This document shows positions 20,668 to 29,039 of a stretch of 64,000 bases of DNA, in pieces; the first letter of the stretch is position 1; each line of letters begins with the position of its first letter. This DNA comes from Candidatus Hydrogenedentota bacterium. Its GTDB lineage: Bacteria; Hydrogenedentota; Hydrogenedentia; Hydrogenedentales; SLHB01. The DNA is taken from contig CAXXYE010000004.1 in NCBI GenBank assembly GCA_963674865.2, forward strand, positions 192,001 to 256,000, in the 5' to 3' direction. Below the pieces are notes generated by a model. It searched no databases. It worked only from the letters and a program-made list of their open reading frames with translations, and was not told where the DNA came from. The translations under genes and the position numbers were made by a program.

Positions 20668-23370
20668 ATGAGCGAGACCTTTTCAAGACAGGTTGAACTG
20701 GCCCAGGCGGATGCGGCGCGTTTCCGGGAGATACCTCGCGCCGATTGTGTCGCCGCCACGCGTGAGTATATCCAGGGGCGGCGCAAGGAGATTCGCGCCC
20801 GTCATAACGCGGGCGAGTCCGGCGGCACGGTGCTAAGGAAGCTTTCCGAGACGGCCGACACGGTGCTGCGGGGCGTGGTGGCGTTTGCGGGCGCCTCGGT
20901 GGAGCGGGGGCGAAGCGTCTTTTCCCGGGCGGCGGTTTGCGCTCTGGGCGGATACGGGCGCGCCGAGTTGAGTCCGCACTCCGATTTGGATGTCTGCCTG
21001 CTCTACGAAGGGAGTCTCGACGGCCGTATCGAGGCCCTCAATGGCTATCTCATTCCCTTCTTGTGGGACATCGGCTTTGACGTGGGATACGCGACACGAA
21101 GTGTTCAGGACGCCATCGGCCTTGCCAAGGAAGACATGCACGCGTTTACGAGCCTGCTCGAGGGCCGGCTGGTAACCGGGGACAATTCCACCTTCGCCCG
21201 CCTGATGCTATCCGTTCGAGAGCTTCAAGCAAGCAGCATGTTCGATGACTACGTTCACCGCAAGATTCGCGAACGCGAACAGGGACTCGTGGAGCCTCAC
21301 AATGACCTGTTTACGCCGGAGCCGGATGTGAAAGAAAACGCCGGCGGGCTGCGGGATTTCCATACCGCCCTCTGGCTCCTGATGATTGCCTATGGCTCCG
21401 TGAGCCTGGACGACGTCGTCGGACTCGGACTCCTGCCTCCGGAGGAGCATCTCGAGCTTGTCAACGCGCTGGACTTCATCTGGCGCATCCGCAATGAACT
21501 CCATTTCCACGCGGATCGCGCGGAGGATCGACTCACCTTTGCCAACCAGCGGCATGTGGCGAAGGCGTTTGGATACGGCCAAGGCGAGGAACACGGTATT
21601 TCCCGCCTGATGCAGGACTATTACGGCGCCGCGCGCAGGCTGCGGGCCTTCCTGCGCATGACCTGCCACAACTACGGACAGCAGTCAAACGGCACGGGCC
21701 CCGATGAATCGGCGCTCCAGAGCAATGATATCGTCATCGCGAATGGGCAGCTTCACGTCGGGCAGGGCGACAAGAGCTGGTTTGCTGAGGCGCCGGTGCG
21801 CCTCATCGAAGTTTTCTGGGCCTGCACACGGCACAATGCCGTCTTGAGTCCGGCGACTCAGCGTCTGGTTGCCGGTAGCTTGGACTTGATCAATGACACT
21901 GTCCGGGCGAATGACATCGCCAGGCGCTTCTTTGTAGCCATCTGCAATCGCCCCTTGCAGGCAGGTTCTGCCTTGCGCCAGATGGCGAACGCCGGTGTGC
22001 TCGGGCGGTATATGCCGGAGTTCGCGGCCGTGCAGAATGTAATCCGATATGAGGATTTTCATCATTATCCTGTTGATGAGCATACGCTTGTGGCGCTTGA
22101 GGCGTTGGCGCGCCTGCCGGAGGCGAAAGGCGCCGCGGCCCCGTTTCTCGCTGAGGCTCTCGAACACCTAACGGATCCCTATGTGCTTGTTTTGGCGATT
22201 CTGCTGCACGATCTCGGTAAGGCCGCGGGTGAAGTCCATGTCGATGAAAGCGTTCAGATTACACACGAAGTATGTCGCAGGATGGGCATGTCGGGCGATG
22301 ACGAGGAACGCATCGCCTTTCTGGTATCGCAGCACCTGTTAATGAGCAATATCGCCCTGTATCGCGACTCGGATGATGAAGATATCGTCCGCGACTTCGC
22401 AAACACGGTGAAGACGGAGCAGCGCTTGCGAGCGCTCTTCCTGCTGTCTTATGCCGACTTGGCCGCCGTTGGCCCGGGCGTGTGGAACGACTGGAAGGGC
22501 GCACTCCTTCTGAAGCTGTACCTCAAGGCTGAACGGATGCTCCTGGGCAAGTCGCAGCGCCCGGACGACGCGCTATGGGATTCCCCAAAAGCGCAGGAGG
22601 TGCGTGAGCACATAGCGGACTCTTTGAAGCCTGAGGTGGAGGAGCATCTGCGCGACCTCGGCTATCGCTACTTCGCCGCATTTCGCCCTGAGCAGATCGC
22701 TTCACATCTCGAGTGCGTGTCCGGCGCGGCTACCTCGGGCCTCGAAGTACGGGCGTCGAAAGACAACGAAATGAATATGAGCGAGGTGGTGATCGCCACG
22801 CAGGATCGGGCGGGACTTTTCTCCCAGATCGCCGGGAGTTTGGCCTCGCAACTGATCGACGTCAACGGGGCGGCGCTATTCACCCGTTCCGACGGCTGCG
22901 TCGTGGACTGTTTCCTGGTAAGCGATGCGCGTCACCGACGCCCCCTTACCGAGCGGCAGTGTGCGGCGGTCAAGCGCACGCTGCGCGCCGTATTGATTGA
23001 CAAGGAGGATGTGCAAGCGCTGGTGGATAACTCGCGCCGACGGCTGTTTGCGCTGCTCCAACCGCGCGTGCCGGTGCGCACGGACGTGCAGTTCGACAAC
23101 GACTCATCGCGAACTCACACGGTGATTGACATCTATACCGGTGATCGAACGGGCTTGCTCTACGACATCACGCGCGCCATGGCGGGGGCCGGGCTGGATA
23201 TTGCCTCGGCCCGCATCGCCACCGACGCGCGCCGTGTCCGAGATGCCTTCTACGTCACCTTGAACAACAGAAAGATAGAAGACAGAGACGAACAGGCGGC
23301 CATCGAATCGGCCATTCGACAGGCGATTCACCCGCGGCCTGCCGTCGAAGCAAAAGGAGGTTCATCATGA
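20668..23370 (+). CDS. glnD: [protein-PII] uridylyltransferase / uridylyl-removing enzyme
   Basis: GGYGRAELSPHSDLD, EPDVKENAGGLRD, HHYPVDEH, LLHDLGK, two ACT domains (DRAGLF, DRTGLL); alternative GTG start 20650. Confidence 0.95.
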   Translation: MSETFSRQVELAQADAARFREIPRADCVAATREYIQGRRKEIRARHNAGESGGTVLRKLSETADTVLRGVVAFAGASVERGRSVFSRAAVCALGGYGRAELSPHSDLDVCLLYEGSLDGRIEALNGYLIPFLWDIGFDVGYATRSVQDAIGLAKEDMHAFTSLLEGRLVTGDNSTFARLMLSVRELQASSMFDDYVHRKIREREQGLVEPHNDLFTPEPDVKENAGGLRDFHTALWLLMIAYGSVSLDDVVGLGLLPPEEHLELVNALDFIWRIRNELHFHADRAEDRLTFANQRHVAKAFGYGQGEEHGISRLMQDYYGAARRLRAFLRMTCHNYGQQSNGTGPDESALQSNDIVIANGQLHVGQGDKSWFAEAPVRLIEVFWACTRHNAVLSPATQRLVAGSLDLINDTVRANDIARRFFVAICNRPLQAGSALRQMANAGVLGRYMPEFAAVQNVIRYEDFHHYPVDEHTLVALEALARLPEAKGAAAPFLAEALEHLTDPYVLVLAILLHDLGKAAGEVHVDESVQITHEVCRRMGMSGDDEERIAFLVSQHLLMSNIALYRDSDDEDIVRDFANTVKTEQRLRALFLLSYADLAAVGPGVWNDWKGALLLKLYLKAERMLLGKSQRPDDALWDSPKAQEVREHIADSLKPEVEEHLRDLGYRYFAAFRPEQIASHLECVSGAATSGLEVRASKDNEMNMSEVVIATQDRAGLFSQIAGSLASQLIDVNGAALFTRSDGCVVDCFLVSDARHRRPLTERQCAAVKRTLRAVLIDKEDVQALVDNSRRRLFALLQPRVPVRTDVQFDNDSSRTHTVIDIYTGDRTGLLYDITRAMAGAGLDIASARIATDARRVRDAFYVTLNNRKIEDRDEQAAIESAIRQAIHPRPAVEAKGGSS

Positions 23371-24788
23371 AGACCTTGCGTGTATCACTTGTGGCCGTGC
23401 TGGCCCTGTTGGGCGCTATGGGCACTGCCGGTGCCGTGAGTCCCTTGCTGAAGGAGTTTGAAGACGCCTTCATCAGACTGGGCGAGGAGGTCCGCCCGTG
23501 CGTCGTCAACATCGATACGCAAAACGAAATCGATATGCCGAGCGGGCAGGGGCTGCCGGAAGATTTCTTCCGCTTTTTCGGCATTCCGGCGCCCGAGGGG
23601 CGGCAGATCAGGCCGCGTCGGAGCGTCCCGGCCACCGGCTCCGGTTTCATCTATGACAGAGAAGGCCACATCATCACGAATAACCATGTTGTCGCCGACG
23701 CCGAATCCATCACCGTTCGCCTATGGAACGGGAAAGAGTACAGCGCCGAAGTTGTAGGTACCGATCCGGACACCGACCTCGCCGTGATCAAAATCGATGC
23801 CGACGTCGACCTTCCCGTGGCTGCGCTTGGTGACTCGAGCAAGCTCAAAGTCGGGCAGTTTGCCGTGGCGATGGGCAGTCCGCGCGGCCTTGAAGGCTCT
23901 CTTTCCTTTGGCCACATCAGCGCTCTCGGGAGGGACACACTTCCGCTGCGCCGCAGCGGATTGCGGTTTCAGAATCTTGTCCAAACCGATGCCGCTATCA
24001 ATTTCGGCAATAGCGGTGGCCCGCTGTGCAATATCGATGGTGAGGTGATCGGAATCAATGTGGCCATCGTGTGGGGGGCCGAATCCATCGGATTTGCCAT
24101 CCCCATCGATACCGCTAAGGAGATCGTCCCTGAACTGATAGCCGAGGGCAAGATTACGCGCGGCTATCTTGGTGTCGAGATACGCGATGCCGATGAATTC
24201 GCAAAGAGTCTCGGCATGCCGGATGAGCAAGGAGCTTACGTAGAGAGAGTGTTGACCGACACGCCGGCTGAACGCGATGGACTGGCCGTCTACGACGTGA
24301 TCCGGAAGGTCAACGGCGAGGTCGTCAAGGATTCCACGGATCTACAGTACAAGATAGCCCATTTTGCGCCCGGAGAGAAGGTGACGCTGGAACTCTGGCG
24401 CGATGAAAAGACCATCACTGTCGATGTGAAGCTCTCTGAATATGCCGGCAGCGTGGAGAAGGCCGTTCTTGGGCCTGAGGTGCTCGGTTTGCGTGTGCGC
24501 ACCCTTCCCGCGGAGATGGCCGAGAGCTTGGGCCTCGATTCCGGAACGAAGGGCGTTGTTGTTGCCGATGTTGAGCCGAACAGCGCGGGCGAGTTAGCCG
24601 GCATCGAAGTCGGTGACGTTATTCTTGAGGTTGCCAAGGAGAAGGTGACGGATGCTTCCGAATTCCGCCGTTTGGTCAAGGAGCACACCAAGCCGGGCGA
24701 AGCCTTGCTCGTGCGCGTAGTAAGCAAGGGCGGGCGCCCGATGACCCGGCTTGTACAGGTGCCCGGCGGAGACGAACAGGACAAGTAA
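23367..24788 (+). CDS. degP: DegP/HtrA serine endoprotease with two PDZ domains
   Basis: Signal peptide, TNNHV, DLAVIK, QTDAAINFGNSGGPL, RGYLGV. Confidence 0.95.
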   Translation: MKTLRVSLVAVLALLGAMGTAGAVSPLLKEFEDAFIRLGEEVRPCVVNIDTQNEIDMPSGQGLPEDFFRFFGIPAPEGRQIRPRRSVPATGSGFIYDREGHIITNNHVVADAESITVRLWNGKEYSAEVVGTDPDTDLAVIKIDADVDLPVAALGDSSKLKVGQFAVAMGSPRGLEGSLSFGHISALGRDTLPLRRSGLRFQNLVQTDAAINFGNSGGPLCNIDGEVIGINVAIVWGAESIGFAIPIDTAKEIVPELIAEGKITRGYLGVEIRDADEFAKSLGMPDEQGAYVERVLTDTPAERDGLAVYDVIRKVNGEVVKDSTDLQYKIAHFAPGEKVTLELWRDEKTITVDVKLSEYAGSVEKAVLGPEVLGLRVRTLPAEMAESLGLDSGTKGVVVADVEPNSAGELAGIEVGDVILEVAKEKVTDASEFRRLVKEHTKPGEALLVRVVSKGGRPMTRLVQVPGGDEQDK

Positions 24789-24825
24789 GCTGCTTGCCAG
24801 GCTTCCCCGAAGGACATCAAGAAAC

Positions 24826-24860
24826 GGCGCGGGCCGGCCAACGAGGCCGGCCCGCGCCTT
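24826..24860 (+). terminator. strong hairpin after degP
   Basis: GGCGCGGGCCGGCC-AACGA-GGCCGGCCCGCGCC perfect 14-bp stem; only a short T tail. Confidence 0.6.
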
Positions 24861-24943
24861 GGACAAGAGGTGTCCTCATCGTTAGAATTGGTGGTAGTGC
24901 CAGACGCTGAGTCTAGGCTCAAATCACAAGTGGCATACCGATA

Positions 24944-25417
24944 ATGGGGAGACCTGAAGACACCTTTCCTGGCCGAGACGCTGCGTCATCGATTACGAAC
25001 GCGCTTTCTCGTGGGGAACGGCTCGCCGCACTTGGCATGGCGGCCACTATCGCGCTCGGATTCCTGATAGCGCGGTGTCTTACGCCCGACGCGAGCGGCG
25101 TAGGTACTCATGAGCAACTTGGGCTGCGTCCATGCTTGACGATGACCCTCTTTCACCTCCCGTGTCCTTTCTGCGGCATGACGACTGCTTTCGCTTACAT
25201 GATGCGTGGGCAGCCCCTCAAGGCCCTTGAGGCCCAGCCCGCGGGCGCCCTCGCCTTCGTCGTATGCGCTTTGAGTGCGTTGGCGGCTCTCGTGGTGGCC
25301 GTCACGGGCCGATGCCCTGTGTGGCTCCGTAGACCTCGCCATTTGAGGGCGATTGGGATTGTTGCCGTCGGCGTTCTTCTGCTTGCATGGATCTACAAAA
25401 TAAGGCTAGTAATGTAG
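24944..25417 (+). CDS. DUF2752-like membrane protein
   Basis: THEQLGLRPC...LPCPFCGMTTAF, three hydrophobic segments. Confidence 0.85.
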   Translation: MGRPEDTFPGRDAASSITNALSRGERLAALGMAATIALGFLIARCLTPDASGVGTHEQLGLRPCLTMTLFHLPCPFCGMTTAFAYMMRGQPLKALEAQPAGALAFVVCALSALAALVVAVTGRCPVWLRRPRHLRAIGIVAVGVLLLAWIYKIRLVM

Positions 25418-25460
25418 TCTATGTGGAATGCCGTAGCATCACGGCTGCCCTGCCCCCGAA

Positions 25461-25490
25461 TTGACATCGGGCCGCCCAACCGTCTAGAAT
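25461..25490 (+). promoter_or_regulatory. sigma70-type promoter
   Basis: TTGACA-N18-TAGAAT upstream of the GGDEF gene. Confidence 0.6.
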
Positions 25491-25527
25491 TCCTCTTAGC
25501 TTGAGGTGCAGAAGGAAGGTTTTCTTG

Positions 25528-26781
25528 ATGGGGAGTGACTTCAGTTCTAGGACCGTTTTGCTTGTCGATGACGAACCTGCCGTTCGTGACGTGATGGCCC
25601 GCATTCTTACGGAGCGGCTCGGATGCAAGATCGCCGCCGAGTCCAGCGCCGAGGCGGGGCTCGACCGCATGCGTGATGAGTCCGTCGATGTGTTGGTCGC
25701 TGATATGATCATGCCGGGCCTCCACGGCCTTGAGTTCATTACACGCGTGCGGGAAGCATGGCCCGGCATCGACATCGTTGTGCTTACGGGCTTCCCAGAG
25801 AAGTTTCCGTATGTCGACGTGGCCCAGGCCGGCGCTCGCGATTTCATCCCCAAGCCGTTCAATCCTGGCGAGGTGGAAGCGAAGATAGCGCGTATCTTCG
25901 AGGAACGGCGCCTCCGTGAGGGACAGGCATTCGCTGAGGAGAAATATCGACGGCTCTTCGAACTGAGCATGAACGGAATGTTGCTTGTCCAAGGTGAGGA
26001 CTGCCGCATTGTGGACGCAAACCGTGCGTTCTGTGAACTCAGCGGATATGCCGAAGACCAGTTACTGGGAGCGTCTCTCTTCGATGTGATCGATAATGGT
26101 GAGGTCCCGCGGGTGAAGAGCGGCGTAGCGCTGTTTGCCGAAGGAGGACAGGGCACCCTCGGAGATGTGCCGATTCGTGCCGCCGGTGGGCACGACATGA
26201 GTTTGGACGTGAACGTCACCTTTGTGAGCTTCGGGGGCGAGGCCCTGGTGATGATGGTGTTCCGCGATGTTACGGAAGTACGCCAGCTTGAGCAGCGCCT
26301 AAAGCAGATAGCCGAAACCGACGAACTCACCGGACTCGCCAACAAGCGCTCATTCCGCGCCCGGCTCGAGTGGACCATTGCGCGCTCCCGAGGCGAGGGA
26401 TTTCCCCTCACCCTCGTATTTGTCGACGTTGACGACTTCAAGAAGTGCAACGACACCTTCGGCCACGAAGTAGGCGATAGGGCTCTTCGGGCCGTGGGCA
26501 AGGCCATACGCAGCAGCATCCGAACAGGGGGCGACGAAGGTTTCCGATACGGGGGCGACGAGTTCGCCGTGTTGCTGCCGGGCGCCGATTCCGACCAAGC
26601 CTCCGTCGTGGCAAGGCGGATGAAGGATCAACTGGCTGCGTCTATCGAAACGAAGACCACCATCAGCATCGGGATCGCTCAGTACGAAGCCCCCATGGAC
26701 GCCAGCGCATTCATATGCGCCGCCGACAAAGCCCTCTATGCCGTGAAAGCCCGCGGCAAGAACGGCCTCTCCGTCGCTTAA
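25528..26781 (+). CDS. REC-PAS-GGDEF diguanylate cyclase
   Basis: LLVDDE...ADMIMPG...KPF receiver; IVDANRAFCELSGY PAS; DELTGLAN, DVDDFK, RYGGDEF. Confidence 0.93.
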   Translation: MGSDFSSRTVLLVDDEPAVRDVMARILTERLGCKIAAESSAEAGLDRMRDESVDVLVADMIMPGLHGLEFITRVREAWPGIDIVVLTGFPEKFPYVDVAQAGARDFIPKPFNPGEVEAKIARIFEERRLREGQAFAEEKYRRLFELSMNGMLLVQGEDCRIVDANRAFCELSGYAEDQLLGASLFDVIDNGEVPRVKSGVALFAEGGQGTLGDVPIRAAGGHDMSLDVNVTFVSFGGEALVMMVFRDVTEVRQLEQRLKQIAETDELTGLANKRSFRARLEWTIARSRGEGFPLTLVFVDVDDFKKCNDTFGHEVGDRALRAVGKAIRSSIRTGGDEGFRYGGDEFAVLLPGADSDQASVVARRMKDQLAASIETKTTISIGIAQYEAPMDASAFICAADKALYAVKARGKNGLSVA

Positions 26782-27684
26782 GTGCTTGCCGTATTCTCCG
26801 CCATAGCCCCTGTTTTCTTCGTGGCCGCCCTCGGCTTCTTAGTGCGACGCAGCCGGGAACTCGACGCGAAGACCCTGTCGGCGCTCAACATCTACCTCTT
26901 CATTCCCGCCTTGGTGTTTCATAACCTTGCGCAGCGGCCTCTTGAGTGGGGACATTTTGGGCGTGTCGCCCTCGGCGCTGCCCTTATGGTAGGACTCATG
27001 AGCCTTGTCCTCGGTGGGCTCGCGCGGATGCGGGGACTCAAGGAGCCGCTGAAGAGCGCGTTCTTCATGACCATGTTTCCCAACCTGGGCAATTTCGGGC
27101 TTCCCGTGTGCGCCCTGGCGTTCGGCGATGAGGGACTGGCGTATGCCGTCATCGTCATGGTGTGTGGCAGCTTTCTTCAGAATAGCGTAGGCGTCTATTT
27201 CGCCCAGCGCAGTCGGCTTGATGTGGTCCGGGCTTTGGTGAAGGTCCTCTGCTTCCCAATGATCTACGCGTTCATCCTAGCTATTCTCTTTCAAAGGATG
27301 GGCTGGGCGCTTCCGGCGTGGCTCGGATCGGGCGTGGGAATCACCGCACAAGCCGCTATACCCATACAATTAATGATCCTGGGCATTAAGATTGCTGAGA
27401 CATCGCTGGACAGGAGCGCCGATGTCTTCTTGGCCGGGGCGATGCGCTTGTGTGTAGCGCCGCTGCTCGCCTTTGGAGTCGTTATGCTGGTTGGCCTGGA
27501 CGGCCTGCCCGCAAAGGTGTTTGTCCTTCAGATGAGCGGGCCCGTCGCCGTGGGGATGGCCGTCTACGGAGTCGAATTCAACGTCAAGCCCGGATTCCTA
27601 GCCAGTGCCGTCTCGTGGACCTTTCTTTTCAGCGGCGTTACGGTGTCCTTCGTGCTATATCTTCTCCTCAGGGTGGCCTTGTAG
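26782..27684 (+). CDS. AEC family transporter
   Basis: IYLFIPALVF, FPNLGNFGLP, about 10 TMs. Confidence 0.88.
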   Translation: MLAVFSAIAPVFFVAALGFLVRRSRELDAKTLSALNIYLFIPALVFHNLAQRPLEWGHFGRVALGAALMVGLMSLVLGGLARMRGLKEPLKSAFFMTMFPNLGNFGLPVCALAFGDEGLAYAVIVMVCGSFLQNSVGVYFAQRSRLDVVRALVKVLCFPMIYAFILAILFQRMGWALPAWLGSGVGITAQAAIPIQLMILGIKIAETSLDRSADVFLAGAMRLCVAPLLAFGVVMLVGLDGLPAKVFVLQMSGPVAVGMAVYGVEFNVKPGFLASAVSWTFLFSGVTVSFVLYLLLRVAL

Positions 27685-28749
27685 CGTGTTCGGGGGTGGG
27701 GGAGTGTAGAGCTCCTCCGGCGGCACCGGCGGCCACCAATCCACCGGATCCAAAGCTGCGGCCTCAGCGCGGAGGGCTCCCGCCTCAACGGCTTTGCCCT
27801 GTCTTTCCCTGACGCGGGCGAGCATGCGAAGTCCCCGGGCGCGGCAGGGACCGGCAGGTAAGGGCTGGACGTCGAGATACGCGTTAGCGAGTCTCTCCGC
27901 CCCAATGAGGTCGCCTTCGGAAAGGCAGCGGCGGGCCGCTTCCAGCAGAACCAGCGCCTCGGAGGCGTCCAGGGCCACGGCCTTCTGGGCGTGCAGTTGG
28001 GCCTGCTCCGTATCCCGGGTACGGAGCAGGGCGCGGGCAAGACCGGCATGGGCGTCGGCGCGATCGGGATGGCTTCCGACAACGTCTTGCCATATCGTGA
28101 CTTGCCTCTTCGGGTCCCTCCGCGCTTCGACGAGACACCGCGCCTTGGCGCCCCACACGGGGTCGAAGTCCTCGCATGCGGCCGCATGTTCCTCCGCTTT
28201 GCTCTGGCTGCCACCGAGGTACCACGGCAAACCTGTATAGGTTTCGAGGAGCCATGTGCGGGCATGGTGATATTCCGGCTGCAAGGCGACCGCCTGCTCG
28301 AACGCCGTGATGCTCGCTTTGGCCCGGAAGGGCAGGGCCGGCCACGTTAGGACGCTATGGGCGGCGGCAATGCTGCTGCACGCGGCAAGTACACCGTCCC
28401 AGTAATGGTAGCGCGCCTGAGAGGGGGCGAGCTGGACGGCCCGCTTGATGGCCTGGCGGGCCCGCTTCAAGTCCGCCTTCATGGCGTCCTGAGGTCTTTT
28501 GCCCTCATGGCTTGTCATCCCGTAGAAGTAGCACCGAGCCAGCTCAAACTGCGCCGAACTGTCTAAGGGGCACGCCGCCAAGGCTTCTTCAAGAACCTGC
28601 TTCGCCTCATCGAGGCGGCCGCCCAGTCGCAGGTTATAGGCCTGGCGTGCGGGGTGGGCCGACTCGCGTCGGTTGTCCTCCCCGTGGGCGGATGCGGAGA
28701 GGAGGGTGGCCGCAAGTAAGACGAGGCTCAGGTTAGGAAGTGTTCTCAT
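27655..28749 (-). CDS. exported TPR protein
   Basis: Signal peptide MRTLPNLSLVLLAATLLSASAHG, multiple A..L.P repeats, LPWYLGGS..KA; 30-bp convergent overlap with the AEC gene. Confidence 0.8.
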   Translation of the reverse strand: MRTLPNLSLVLLAATLLSASAHGEDNRRESAHPARQAYNLRLGGRLDEAKQVLEEALAACPLDSSAQFELARCYFYGMTSHEGKRPQDAMKADLKRARQAIKRAVQLAPSQARYHYWDGVLAACSSIAAAHSVLTWPALPFRAKASITAFEQAVALQPEYHHARTWLLETYTGLPWYLGGSQSKAEEHAAACEDFDPVWGAKARCLVEARRDPKRQVTIWQDVVGSHPDRADAHAGLARALLRTRDTEQAQLHAQKAVALDASEALVLLEAARRCLSEGDLIGAERLANAYLDVQPLPAGPCRARGLRMLARVRERQGKAVEAGALRAEAAALDPVDWWPPVPPEELYTPPPPNTLQGHPEEKI

Positions 28750-29001
28750 GGCGCTATAGCCTTTCGTCAACGAGGATGCCAAATGTAGGAACCGAGGCAG
28801 TCGATACGTAGATTGTAAGAGATCAAACGATAATAAGTCAAGCGGAAAGGCTGATGCCCGAGCGTGCGGCGCTTGGTTAGGAGAATCGAGGTTATTCCAT
28901 CGAGTGAGTTCGCCGTAGGAAGTGCCAAGCCGCAACTGTATGCGGTTCAATGCCTTGACCTCCGGAATGGCTGCCCAAACCACGGGCGAAGGGCTCATCC
29001 C

Positions 29002-29030
29002 TTGCTTCGATGCGCGGCCACCGATATAAT
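29002..29030 (+). promoter_or_regulatory. sigma70-type promoter
   Basis: TTGCTT-N17-TATAAT, 9 nt before ATG 29040. Confidence 0.55.
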
Positions 29031-29039
29031 CCGCCCGGC

